A DNA stretch of 64,000 nt from Lysobacterales bacterium (GTDB lineage Bacteria > Pseudomonadota > Gammaproteobacteria > Xanthomonadales > SZUA-5). Under the pieces are notes generated by a model. That model ran no database searches and was not told where the DNA came from. It was given only the letters and a program-made list of their open reading frames with translations. Each line of letters begins with the position of its first letter. Positions within the stretch are counted from its first letter, which is position 1. Both the position numbers and the translations under genes were made by a program. Shown here piece by piece: positions 43,184 to 52,252 of the stretch. Location of the stretch: NCBI GenBank assembly GCA_022844135.1, contig JALHMG010000028.1:12875-76874 (forward strand), read 5' to 3'.

Positions 43184-43885
43184 ATGTCCACCTGGCTCAT
43201 CACCGGCGCAAGCCGCGGTCTTGGCAAACATCTGAGCCGCGAGATGGCGCGGCGCGGGCACACCGTGATCGCGGCGGCGCGAGATGCGGGCTTGCTCGCC
43301 ACATTGGCCAACGAATCCTTTGCCGGCGACATCGTTCCACTGCCGCTCGATCTTGCCGATGCAGCCTCGATTCATCCGACCATCGAGCGCGCGCTCGCGG
43401 CGCATGGCTCGATCGACGGCCTGGTCAACAACGCCGCGATCGGCGACTACCGGCCATTTCTCGATCATCGCGAAGACGAGTTGCTGAGACTGGTGCAGGT
43501 GAACATCAGCGCGGTGATGCAGTTATGCCATGCGCTGCTGCCGCACTTCCTTGCGCGCGGCGCCGGGCATATCGTCAATATCGGCTCCGACCTGGCGCGC
43601 CGGCCGCTCGCAAACATGGCGCCGTACGTAGCCAGCAAGCATGCTCTGCTCGGTTTTTCGCACTCGTTGCTGCGAGAAGTGAAAGATCGCGGCGTACGCG
43701 TGAATCTGATCAACCCTGGCATCATCGATACCGATTTCGGCGGTGCCAGCGAAGGTTCCAGGCCGGCGCATGCCAGCCTGCAGCCGCGCGAGTTCGCACG
43801 GCTGATTGCCGATGTTATCGACGGCCAGTTCGGTAACCTGGTGGTCGATGAGCTGATCGTGCATCCGCTGGGCCAGGATTACTAA
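43184..43885 (+). CDS. Short-chain dehydrogenase/reductase (SDR)
   Basis: ITGASRGLGKHLSREMARRGHTVIAAARD, a catalytic YxxxK region (YVASKHAL), and a C-terminal NPGIIDT motif. Confidence 0.8.
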   Translation: MSTWLITGASRGLGKHLSREMARRGHTVIAAARDAGLLATLANESFAGDIVPLPLDLADAASIHPTIERALAAHGSIDGLVNNAAIGDYRPFLDHREDELLRLVQVNISAVMQLCHALLPHFLARGAGHIVNIGSDLARRPLANMAPYVASKHALLGFSHSLLREVKDRGVRVNLINPGIIDTDFGGASEGSRPAHASLQPREFARLIADVIDGQFGNLVVDELIVHPLGQDY

Positions 43886-44140
43886 CCCGCATATTTCATG
43901 AGGGAACGCGGAAGATCGCGATGGGCTTTGCGCCGAAATCGAGGCGGGAGGAGGAGGAATGGTTGTTCCATTGCGACGACGAGCAACGAAGAGTCCGGCG
44001 CAAAGAACGAGCGAGGGCCGCGTTAGCGAGGAAATGGCAGCGGACAGTCTGTCAATTCAACCAGTTCGAAGATTTCAGCGCCGATGCAACGAAATCAGGC
44101 CATTTGCTCGCGACCTCATGAAAAATGCGGGCTAACCCGC
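43883..44140. repeat. MITE-like ~255-bp repeat element (copy 1). It has short terminal inverted repeats (..ATATTTCATGAGG / CCTCATGAAAAAT..) and is flanked by the direct repeat CTAACCCGC.
   Basis: It fills the entire spacer between the convergent stops of the SDR gene (43885) and the TPR gene (44141). Its first ~110 bp recur at 63891-64000 with 2 mismatches. The CTAACCCGC direct repeat is at 43882-43890 and 44132-44140. Confidence 0.55.
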
Positions 44141-46498
44141 TCAGCGTAAAGCAGCTTCCAGATCGGCGAAGCGCTTCGCCAAGTCCGATTCGATGTCGGC
44201 CTTGGCCACGATCGGGCGCAGTTCATCCGCAACGGTGCTTGCCGCCGTACGCTCCCCAGCAACTGCCTGCCGCCATGCATCCAGAACGCGCAACATTGGC
44301 GCGCCGGGCGACTGAATCAGCGGCTGCGTGAGCCACTTTTCGACCACATCGGCACGACCCTGGTTCAGCGCAAAACGAGAAGCGGCTTCGATCAGCGCGC
44401 GATGCTGATCGCTATCGTGCAAACCGGCGCGCAGTTCTTTCTCGAAATCGGCTACCGCAGAGGCAAGTTCATCGACGCTGTAAGAAGCCGGTCGGGAAAA
44501 CAACTTCGCATAGATCTTCGCAAGGGCAAACCGGCGTTCGTCGACCATTTGCGTCTGCGAGCGATAGAACGCCAGCAATCGGTCTAGCTGGGCTGCGATC
44601 TCCGCCCCATTTCCGCGGGCATAGGCGAATTCCAGTTCGACATAAGCGTCGATGTAGGGCTGCAAGGCGGGACTGGCGGCTGGCGCAGCTGCGAACCATG
44701 CGCGCACGGCGTCCTCTCCGAGCACGGTCACCAGCGGGCTGACGTAAGGCAAGAAACGTTCAACGGCAACGCTATCGGGCTGCGCTACCGGCAACGCACT
44801 GCGCACGTCCATCGCTGCACGCGCAGCGCGTACCCTGCCGAGGGAGATGAGCAACTCGATCTTTGCGCCCATGACGAGATCGCGTTGCCGGTTGTCGAGT
44901 TTGCGCTCAAGCAGCTTCTCGATGTCGACGATAGCGGCATCGACTTCGCCTAAGCCGAACCGAATGCGGGCGCGCTCGATATCGGCCGAAATCAGATCCG
45001 GGCGTGTGGCTCGCGCCTGTCCAAGGTAGTCCGCAGCGCGCTCATGACCGCCACGCGCGCTTTCGATCGCGGCCAATGCGAGCAACGTCGGATAGCTGGT
45101 CGGATCGAGCAGGAGCGCCTTCTCCGCCAGCATCAGGGCATCGTCGATCCGCTGTTGACGCAGGAACAAACCAGCGCGCGACGACAACTCCGAGGCAGAG
45201 CCCGATTCCAAGGTGAGCGTCTTGATCTCCTCCAGAGCCGTTGCGCTGCCAGGATCATCGCCCAGGCGCAACTCCGCTAACGCCAGACGCGGTGCGCGAT
45301 CCCACGGCGCCGTTCGCGCCCAAGTCTCGAGCACCTGACGCTCGCCGGGTTTGTCGCCGCGCGCCTGCGCGATGAAGCGTTGAATCATGTATCGAAAGTT
45401 GGTCGGCAATACATCGAGCTGCGGCAACATCGCTTCCAGAGCGGGCAGCCCCTCGCGCATGGTGTAGCTGGGATTCACCGTCACGCTCAGGTAACGAGCA
45501 ATCAGAAAGCTGGGATCAATCGACTGCGCCAACTCGAAGGCTTTGGTTCCCTCGATGCGGTCGCTGCCCACGATCGTGCGCAGGTTACCGTCGACATATG
45601 CCTTTGCGGCGTCCAGCGATTCAGTTGTGACGCTGCGGATGTCCGGATCGTTGGCTTGGGCAATCGCTTTCGCTGGCGCCAGTTCGGCGCGGATCAAGGC
45701 CGCCAACTGGTTGATCGCATCCCATTCATCGCGCGCGGTCAGCACAAACGGCCCGAGTGTAGCGTCGGGTCGCAGCCGATGAATGTCGACGTCGATCCTG
45801 AGAGAGGTACCTTCGCGCACGATGCGCCCACCCACCAGCGCCCGAAAGCCGAGTGCAACCGCAGCGCGGCGCCTGACGGCGGTGGGCGCAGCGGCGATTT
45901 CGTTGATCCCATTGCGCTCCAGGAATGCACTCAGCGTGGGCGTAATGTTCGACAGCGCCGAGCGCGCCGCGAAGCGTCCATCGAAGAAAAGATCGTACTC
46001 TGCAAGCAACGGCAAACCAAATTGCAGCCACGCATCGTTCGGCGCACCTGCGACATCGAAAGTGTAGATGAGCACATCGCTCACCTGATCTTCGCGCCGG
46101 GCCTGCGGCGCAGCAGCTTCGGCGGGCGGTTCAAGCGCCACTGCAGCTGCGATTTGTTGGGGCGGCGCGTGCACATAGCGCCAGCCAACGCTACCCGCGC
46201 AAAGCAGCGCGAACAACCCAACCAAAAGGCGATCCAATCCCGAAAAGGTAGCAGGCCCTGGCGCACCGATGCGCCAGATCAACAGCACCGCCAGTGGCGC
46301 GCCGCTGATCATCGCGGTCAGGAGCAGGTCGATAGACCGGTCTGGCCAACCATAGCGTTCGACCATGAAACTCAAGAACTGCACTAACGCCCACATCAGC
46401 CCGAAATAACCGGCCAGCAGTGGCAACAAGCGACGTTCAATGATTTTTGACCAGAGACTTTGTTCGACCACGAAAAGACGCCGTGCGGAGCGATTCAC
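44141..46498 (-). CDS. Hypothetical membrane-anchored TPR-repeat protein (3 N-terminal transmembrane helices plus TPR-like helical repeats)
   Basis: Track ORF of 785 aa. The N-terminal hydrophobic segments are LLPLLAGYFGLMWALVQFLSFMV and LLLTAMISGAPLAVLLIW. The C-terminal half is Ala/Leu-rich helical repeats. Confidence 0.55.
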   Translation of the reverse strand: MNRSARRLFVVEQSLWSKIIERRLLPLLAGYFGLMWALVQFLSFMVERYGWPDRSIDLLLTAMISGAPLAVLLIWRIGAPGPATFSGLDRLLVGLFALLCAGSVGWRYVHAPPQQIAAAVALEPPAEAAAPQARREDQVSDVLIYTFDVAGAPNDAWLQFGLPLLAEYDLFFDGRFAARSALSNITPTLSAFLERNGINEIAAAPTAVRRRAAVALGFRALVGGRIVREGTSLRIDVDIHRLRPDATLGPFVLTARDEWDAINQLAALIRAELAPAKAIAQANDPDIRSVTTESLDAAKAYVDGNLRTIVGSDRIEGTKAFELAQSIDPSFLIARYLSVTVNPSYTMREGLPALEAMLPQLDVLPTNFRYMIQRFIAQARGDKPGERQVLETWARTAPWDRAPRLALAELRLGDDPGSATALEEIKTLTLESGSASELSSRAGLFLRQQRIDDALMLAEKALLLDPTSYPTLLALAAIESARGGHERAADYLGQARATRPDLISADIERARIRFGLGEVDAAIVDIEKLLERKLDNRQRDLVMGAKIELLISLGRVRAARAAMDVRSALPVAQPDSVAVERFLPYVSPLVTVLGEDAVRAWFAAAPAASPALQPYIDAYVELEFAYARGNGAEIAAQLDRLLAFYRSQTQMVDERRFALAKIYAKLFSRPASYSVDELASAVADFEKELRAGLHDSDQHRALIEAASRFALNQGRADVVEKWLTQPLIQSPGAPMLRVLDAWRQAVAGERTAASTVADELRPIVAKADIESDLAKRFADLEAALR

Positions 46499-46621
46499 CG
46501 AGTCTAGCCCTTAGCGAGTAAGAACTTTGTTCAGCCGCAAGCTGATGATTGCTCAGCCAAAACACACCGCGGGCTGGGCCGGTCTCGCCCGCCGGACCCC
46601 ATTGTCCGGCGGGCACCCCGC

Positions 46622-47752
46622 TTACTTCGGCAACAGCTTCATCACGCCTTCCAAACCACCCAGAACGTTGAGCTGGCCAACCTTGCCGGTGATCTTTTCC
46701 AGCGCCTCCAACTCCTTCAAGCGCAACAACACCGGGCTCTCTTCCAACAGCTTTGCAGTGTTAAGCAAGCTGCGCGTGGCGGCGGTTTCCTCGCGGCGCT
46801 TGATCAGGTTGGCCTGCGCCTGCTTCTCGGCCTCAACCACCTGGTTCAACAGCGCCTTCATTTCGCCCGGCAAAATCAAGTCCTTCAGGCCCACGCTGAC
46901 CAATTGCACGCCGATGTCCTCCAGTTTGGCGCGCGCGTAGTCGGCCACTTCAACATCGACCACGCCCTTGTCCTGCAGCAGGGCGTCCAGCGAGCGCGTA
47001 CCGATCGCCTGACGCAAGCCGAACTGCAGCTCGCGATAGGCGTACGCTTTGACGTCGGCAACGCGCGACTTCAACTTCACGACATCGGTCACGCGATACA
47101 CCGCGCAGAGGTTGGCGCGGATGCTGACCTTATCGCGCGTCAGGATGTCCTGACCGCTGACATCGAGCTCGACAAGCCGCATATCGACGGTCTCGACGCG
47201 CAGGCTGCGGCCAAAGCGCCAGAAACCGTAAACGCCCGACGACAGGGTTTGCGCCAGCGCGCCGTCGATCCACACCAGGCCCGTCTGCTCAGCGCCAACT
47301 TCGACCATGAGAGCGGCCTGTGCCACATCCTTGGCCAATTCCGCCGAACCCGGCGCACGCAAGGCTGCCAGCGTCTGCGCGCCGATCGCAGCACCCGCGG
47401 TCAAATCGATGCGCTCCACACTCACCGGCTCGGAGGCGCGCCAGTAAAACTGCCGCGAACCCGGCGCCAACACCCGCACCAGCTTGCCGCGCTCGCGCAC
47501 GAGACCCACTTCGTTAGCGGCCAGATCGACCTCGACGATGTCGGCTTCCAACGCTGCGCGGTGCAGCCGGAACAGCGCATCGATACCAACAATATTGACC
47601 TGCGGCCGATCGAGTCGATCGGTCAGGAATTGCGGTGCGCGACCGAGGCCATAGCGCACATAACGGCCCGGCGCGAGCACGCGCTCGAAGCGACCATCGC
47701 GCAGCTCGATGGCGCGCTCGTTGTCGGCAACCTGGGTACGAGTGAAGTACAT
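46622..47752 (-). CDS. SPFH/band-7 (stomatin/flotillin-like) domain protein without an obvious transmembrane anchor. The likely start is MYFTRTQV (the track ORF extends to 48004).
   Basis: An SPFH-like core (...DILTRDKVSIRANLCAVYRVTDVVKL...) is followed by a coiled-coil C-terminus (...LLNQVVEAEKQAQANLIKRREETAATRSLLNTAKLLEE...). Confidence 0.65.
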   Translation of the reverse strand: MYFTRTQVADNERAIELRDGRFERVLAPGRYVRYGLGRAPQFLTDRLDRPQVNIVGIDALFRLHRAALEADIVEVDLAANEVGLVRERGKLVRVLAPGSRQFYWRASEPVSVERIDLTAGAAIGAQTLAALRAPGSAELAKDVAQAALMVEVGAEQTGLVWIDGALAQTLSSGVYGFWRFGRSLRVETVDMRLVELDVSGQDILTRDKVSIRANLCAVYRVTDVVKLKSRVADVKAYAYRELQFGLRQAIGTRSLDALLQDKGVVDVEVADYARAKLEDIGVQLVSVGLKDLILPGEMKALLNQVVEAEKQAQANLIKRREETAATRSLLNTAKLLEESPVLLRLKELEALEKITGKVGQLNVLGGLEGVMKLLPK

Positions 47753-48084
47753 GGCACAGCTCCTTTTTGTTCTATCTTCTGGGTTACGCCCTGAGCCCCA
47801 CGCCGTCGGCGTGGGCGATGGTGCGAGCAGCGGCGAGAGTTGGCCCAACCATCGACCATGGCGCATCGCGTGCGATGCGCTCGGAAGCGCTGGCGCAACC
47901 GCTGTCGTTGCTCGTTCGGCCACCGCGCAGAACACGTCTTGCGCTGCGTATCGATGCGACGCATGCCCGCCCTGCCCGGCACAGACATCGCCAACACCCA
48001 ACACGCCGGGGCTCCTGGCGCCGCGCCTTGCGGCGCGGATGCCGGGAACCGCCCGGCCGGTCTTGCGTCATGCGGCGTGATAGG

Positions 48085-48156
48085 CCGTTGCGACGGGAGT
48101 CGAACCCGCTACTTAGTCAGTTTCAATGACTCGCTCTACCAATGAGCTACGCATGG
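48085..48156 (-). tRNA. tRNA-Phe(GAA)-like element with a defective acceptor stem (possible tRNA pseudogene or integration scar)
   Basis: The reverse complement of ~48085-48156 is CCATGCG-TA-GCTCATTGGTAGAGC-G-AGTCATTGAAACTGACT-AAGTA-GCGGGTTCGACTCCCGT-CGCAACG-G-CC. The D-arm and anticodon arm are perfect (U33, anticodon GAA, A37) and the T-arm is plausible. Only 5 of 7 acceptor pairs form and there is no encoded CCA. Confidence 0.35.
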
Positions 48157-48265
48157 TGGTCTGGCGTGGTGTCGAACCACGAAACGCCCCCTCATGGGCA
48201 CCAAACCCATACACCGAACACCGTGCTTCCGGTACGTTGAGCGGCAAAGCCATCAACGCCAGACC
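48154..48265 (-). other. ~112-nt element bounded by the inverted repeat GGTCTGG/CCAGACC, ending in a tRNA-like T-arm plus acceptor 3'-strand plus CCA (a fragment resembling a tRNA 3' end)
   Basis: Reverse complement: GGTCTGGCG...GTTTC-GTGGTTCGACACCACG-CCAGACC-A-CCA. It abuts the 5' end of the tRNA-Phe-like element. It is too long and too poorly folded to be a canonical tRNA. Confidence 0.3.
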
Positions 48266-48439
48266 GCCGTGGTTACCCACAAAACGGTTATCGCTAGAAA
48301 AACACGCCGTTTCGATGCGCTGTTTGAATCGACCTGGTCTAGAAATTAACGTCTCGGCAAGTCGATTCGAATCTCGAATATTTAAGGCAATAATCCCCTA
48401 TCGCCGAAAACGGATTTTCGACGTTTGAAATCGGGGTCC

Positions 48440-48490
48440 TGGAAAAAACGAAGCCCCCGGTGCGGCAGCACCGAGGGCTTCAAAGAATCA
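48440..48490 (-). terminator. Putative rho-independent terminator for the ECF sigma / anti-sigma operon
   Basis: GC hairpin GAAGCCCCCGGTGCGGCAGCACCGAGGGCTTC. Read on the minus strand it is followed by a GTTTTTTCC T-run. Confidence 0.4.
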
Positions 48491-48682
48491 AAGCGAACTC
48501 AGGGCTGCGAGCGCAACCCTGACAAGCAAGGCTACGCGAGGCGCGGGAGCAGTGGATTGAATCCACGCGGCCAACTGGGTTTGCCATGCTTGATCATGCA
48601 AATATCTCCGAACGAGTGCCGCGCATTATTCCGATCCAAAATCACATGTCAAGCCGTAATTAGTGACCGCTCGTCGGGTCAT

Positions 48683-48997
48683 TTACTCCACAGGTTCGGT
48701 AGCCACCCAATAAATCCGGATGTTGGGCTCATCTGCCACCAGGAGCGCGGCCCCGTTTTCCACGATGATCGCCGGCTCGCCGCGGTTGGCGTCAGCCAAC
48801 GCCGCTGACAACCGGGCGTCGAAAACCGCTCTTGCGTGCCATTGCTGCCACACCGGTAACAACGCGACCAACACTGCGATTGCGCAAGCCAACGCGAGCC
48901 GAGGCCGCGCGCTCCGCACACGCCGATGATCGAGAGCGCTCTGCAAGCGCCGCAGACCGCCCGGCGGCGGTTCCAGTTGCCGAAATAGTTCGCTCAC
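48683..48997 (-). CDS. Putative anti-sigma factor (single transmembrane helix, 104 aa)
   Basis: It overlaps the ECF sigma stop by 4 nt. It has a central hydrophobic helix LALACAIAVLVALLPVW, the typical size and layout of ECF anti-sigma factors. Confidence 0.55.
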   Translation of the reverse strand: MSELFRQLEPPPGGLRRLQSALDHRRVRSARPRLALACAIAVLVALLPVWQQWHARAVFDARLSAALADANRGEPAIIVENGAALLVADEPNIRIYWVATEPVE

Positions 48998-49479
48998 CTT
49001 CCCCCCTCGCGGAGCGCGGCGCGCAACTGCGCCAACGCTCGGTGCTTGCGCGATGCCACGGTGCCCGCAGGCCAGCCGAAAAACGCGACCAATTCATCGG
49101 TCGTGAAGCCCGCACATTCGCTCAACAAAACCAGATTACGCGAATCGCTGTCCAGCGCCTCAAGTGCGGATTTCAAACGCTTCCGATCTTGCACGCCATC
49201 GAGACGCGCGTCGTCGCTGGCCTCCTCGTCACGCACGCCGAAGCGCCACAACGAGCGCCAGCGCAGTTTGTTCTTCGCCAGATTCAGCGCAGTGGTGTAC
49301 ACCAGAGCATCGAGCCTGATCGCGTCGATACGCTGGCGCCGATCCCAAATGCGCAGGAACGCGTCGTGCATCACGTCCTCGCAATCCTGCGTGTGCCACA
49401 ACCAGCGGTACAGCACGTTAAAGAGCGGCGTCTGCAAACGCTGATAGCACGCCAGCAACGCCGCCTCCGAAAGCGCCAT
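48994..49479 (-). CDS. ECF-subfamily RNA polymerase sigma-70 factor
   Basis: Region 2 (...DCEDVMHDAFLRIWDRRQRID...) and region 4 (...LSECAGFTTDELVAFFGWPAGTVASRKHRA...). Confidence 0.85.
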   Translation of the reverse strand: MALSEAALLACYQRLQTPLFNVLYRWLWHTQDCEDVMHDAFLRIWDRRQRIDAIRLDALVYTTALNLAKNKLRWRSLWRFGVRDEEASDDARLDGVQDRKRLKSALEALDSDSRNLVLLSECAGFTTDELVAFFGWPAGTVASRKHRALAQLRAALREGGR

Positions 49480-49482
49480 GGG

Positions 49483-50169
49483 TCAGAGCTTGGTGGCGCG
49501 GACGATGACGAAGCGTGAACCCGCTTCGGCGTTCGCAGCGGCTTGGCCAAGCACCACGAACTGCCCATAAGGCAAGAGGGTGTCAACGCGCACTTCGAAA
49601 CCCTTGAGGTCCAGAACCTCCAACCTGGCACGGACGCCATTGGTAGCCGGGCGCAGTTGCCCTTCTACGATGGCCAGATTGTCGCTCGACTTGAAACCCC
49701 CGCCGTTAGCCACCGCCTGCGACGACTGAACGGTGTACAGGCGATAACTGGCGACTCCCGATTCTCTAGACATTAATTCCAGCACGGAGGCGATGGGAGC
49801 AAGCCGCTCGTCCTGCACATCAGCTGCATCGACGATCCACGCATCGACGCGCACGGCGAGATCCGTGCTTTCATCGCCGTCTGGCGTCGTGTTTTTCACC
49901 ATGGCTTCGATGCTGCTCGCGATCGAGCTATGCATCACCGATGGCGCGAGTACCAGCACCTGATTGCTCTCTCCGACGCGCCTGACCGAGCCCACCGGCC
50001 CGAGCGCCATCGCCAAGGACGTTGCGATGTCCTCGCTGCGTTCCAAGGGCACCTCGTAGACCCTCAGCAACTTCGGATTCTCAGACTCCGGAATCGCTGC
50101 CGGCGAACGCATCGCATCGCATCCAACCAGCCCCAGCAACGCCATCAAGATCAGCACTTTCTGCAACAT
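49483..50169 (-). CDS. Hypothetical lipoprotein, co-transcribed upstream of the ECF sigma (the track ORF extends to 50217)
   Basis: Lipobox MLQKVLILMALLGLVGC. There is a 3-bp gap to the sigma factor gene. Confidence 0.5.
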   Translation of the reverse strand: MLQKVLILMALLGLVGCDAMRSPAAIPESENPKLLRVYEVPLERSEDIATSLAMALGPVGSVRRVGESNQVLVLAPSVMHSSIASSIEAMVKNTTPDGDESTDLAVRVDAWIVDAADVQDERLAPIASVLELMSRESGVASYRLYTVQSSQAVANGGGFKSSDNLAIVEGQLRPATNGVRARLEVLDLKGFEVRVDTLLPYGQFVVLGQAAANAEAGSRFVIVRATKL

Positions 50170-50267
50170 GGTCAAACTCCAGTGTAGGTATCGAAGTCCT
50201 ATGACACGCGAGCGCAAAACTTCTTCCCGCGCGTAGACTCACGGCAAATCGCACGGGAGAGAAGCCG

Positions 50268-51377
50268 ATGAAAGTCCGAGCCGCTGTGGCCTATCGCGCG
50301 GGCGCTCCGCTAAGCGTCGAAACCGTCGACCTCGATGGCCCACGCGCCGGAGAAGTACTGGTCGAAGTCCGCGCCACCGGCATCTGTCACACCGATGCGT
50401 ACACGCTGTCCGGCGCCGATGCCGAGGGCAAATTCCCAGCCATCCTCGGCCACGAAGGTGCCGGCGTGGTTGTCGACATCGGCGCTGGCGTCAAAAGCGT
50501 GCGCAAAGGCGATCACGTCATCCCGCTGTACACGCCCGAATGCCGCGAGTGCGAGTACTGTTTGAACCCAAAGACCAACCTCTGCCAGGCCATTCGCGGC
50601 ACGCAAGGTCAGGGGTTGATGCCCGACGGCACCAGCCGCTTCTCCATCGGCGGCGAACCGATCTACCACTACATGGGCACCTCGACCTTCGCCAACTACA
50701 TCGTGCTGCCGGAGATCGCGGTGGCGAAGATTCGCCAGGATGCGCCGTTCGAGAAGGTCTGCTACATCGGCTGCGGTGTGACCACGGGGATTGGCGCGGT
50801 GATTTACACAGCAAAAGTCGAACCCGGTTCGCGCGTGGTCGTGTTTGGCCTGGGCGGCATTGGCCTGAACGTCATCCAGGGCGCGCGCCTGGTCGGAGCC
50901 GCGCAGATCGTTGGCGTCGACATCAATCCAGCCAAACGCGCGTTGGCCGAAAAATTCGGCATGACGGATTTCGTCAATCCCAATGAGATCGACGGCGATC
51001 TCGTCGCCTATCTGGTGTCGCTTACCAAGGGCGGCGCCGATTACAGCTTCGAGTGTGTCGGCAATACGACGCTGATGCGACAGGCCCTGGAGTGTTGCCA
51101 CAAAGGTTGGGGCACCTCGGTGATCATCGGCGTGGCGGAATCGGGCAAAGAAATCAGCACCAGACCGTTCCAGCTGGTCACCGGGCGCAACTGGCGAGGC
51201 AGCGCCTTCGGCGGCGCACGCGGGCGCACCGATGTGCCGAAGATTGTCGACTGGTATATGGAAGGCCGTATCGATATCGACAGCCTGATCACGCACACGA
51301 TGCCGCTGGAGCGCATCAACGAAGGTTTCGATTTGATGCATCGCGGCGAGTCCATTCGTAGCGTGGTGCTTTACTGA
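50268..51377 (+). CDS. frmA: S-(hydroxymethyl)glutathione dehydrogenase / class III alcohol dehydrogenase
   Basis: [64 protein letters not shown]... is near-canonical AdhC/FrmA. Confidence 0.9.
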   Translation: MKVRAAVAYRAGAPLSVETVDLDGPRAGEVLVEVRATGICHTDAYTLSGADAEGKFPAILGHEGAGVVVDIGAGVKSVRKGDHVIPLYTPECRECEYCLNPKTNLCQAIRGTQGQGLMPDGTSRFSIGGEPIYHYMGTSTFANYIVLPEIAVAKIRQDAPFEKVCYIGCGVTTGIGAVIYTAKVEPGSRVVVFGLGGIGLNVIQGARLVGAAQIVGVDINPAKRALAEKFGMTDFVNPNEIDGDLVAYLVSLTKGGADYSFECVGNTTLMRQALECCHKGWGTSVIIGVAESGKEISTRPFQLVTGRNWRGSAFGGARGRTDVPKIVDWYMEGRIDIDSLITHTMPLERINEGFDLMHRGESIRSVVLY

Positions 51378-52252
51378 TGGCGATCGAGATCCTCGCCGAA
51401 CATCGCTGCCATGGTGGCGTCCAAGGTTTTTATCGCCACGAATCGAAACACTGCAACGGACCGATGCGCTTCGGGTTGTTTGCGCCGCCGAATCCACGTG
51501 GCGCGCCGCTGCTGTTCTGCCTCGCAGGCTTGACCTGCACCGAAGAAACTTTCGCCATCAAGGCCGGCGCGCAGCGGGTCGCAGCTGAGCTGGGCTTGAT
51601 GCTGCTGCAGCCCGATACCAGTCCACGCGATACCCGGATCGACGGCGCAACCGGCGATTGGACCATCGGCGAAGGCGCGAGTTTCTGGCTCGATGCGACC
51701 GCATCGCCGTGGCGCGATCGGTTTCGCATGGCCAGCTGGATCGTGCAAGAGCTGCGAGCTATTGCCGCAGAGTTCGGCGCGGATCTAACGCGCTGCGGCG
51801 TCCTTGGACACTCGATGGGCGGCCACGGTGCGTTGACTCTGGGACTGAAACACCCAGATGTATTCCGCAGCATCTCCGCCTTCGCACCGATCGTGGCGCC
51901 AACGCAGGTACCCTGGGGACAGCATGCCCTGCCCCGCTACTTGGGCGACGATCCCAGCGCCTGGGACCAGCACGACGCCTGCGCCCTGCTCCAAGCCGGA
52001 CATCGCGGTCCACCGCTGCTTATCGATCAAGGTCGGAACGATAAGTTTCTGGCCGACCAGCTACAACCGGAGCGACTACAAGTCGCCTGCGATGCCATTG
52101 GCCAGCCGCTAAACCTGCGTTACCACGACGGCTACGACCACGGTTACTTCTTCATCCAGAGCTTCATCGACGATCACTTACGGTTTCATGCGCAGGTGCT
52201 GGCGGCTGACTCGGCACAGTTGGCCTCCGCAGAGACTCCTCATCGACGGTAG
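51377..52252 (+). CDS. frmB: S-formylglutathione hydrolase (esterase D)
   Basis: ...GHSMGGHGALTLGLKHPDVFRSISAFAPI... is the serine hydrolase motif. Immediately downstream of frmA. Confidence 0.9.
   Translation: MAIEILAEHRCHGGVQGFYRHESKHCNGPMRFGLFAPPNPRGAPLLFCLAGLTCTEETFAIKAGAQRVAAELGLMLLQPDTSPRDTRIDGATGDWTIGEGASFWLDATASPWRDRFRMASWIVQELRAIAAEFGADLTRCGVLGHSMGGHGALTLGLKHPDVFRSISAFAPIVAPTQVPWGQHALPRYLGDDPSAWDQHDACALLQAGHRGPPLLIDQGRNDKFLADQLQPERLQVACDAIGQPLNLRYHDGYDHGYFFIQSFIDDHLRFHAQVLAADSAQLASAETPHRR

Noticed and set aside
43102-43836. 244-aa plus-strand ORF overlapping the SDR gene in another frame
   Set aside because: Arg-rich; the overlapping SDR frame has clear family motifs.
43921-44121. 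66-aa ORF inside MITE-like repeat copy 1
   Set aside because: It lies wholly within a repeated non-coding element, has no ribosome-binding site context, and has an Arg/Glu-rich low-complexity translation.
48083-48265. tmRNA (ssrA) or a two-piece tmRNA
   Set aside because: The element has a canonical tRNA D-arm and a full anticodon arm, which tmRNA lacks. There is no tag-peptide reading frame or pseudoknot region, and it is far too short.
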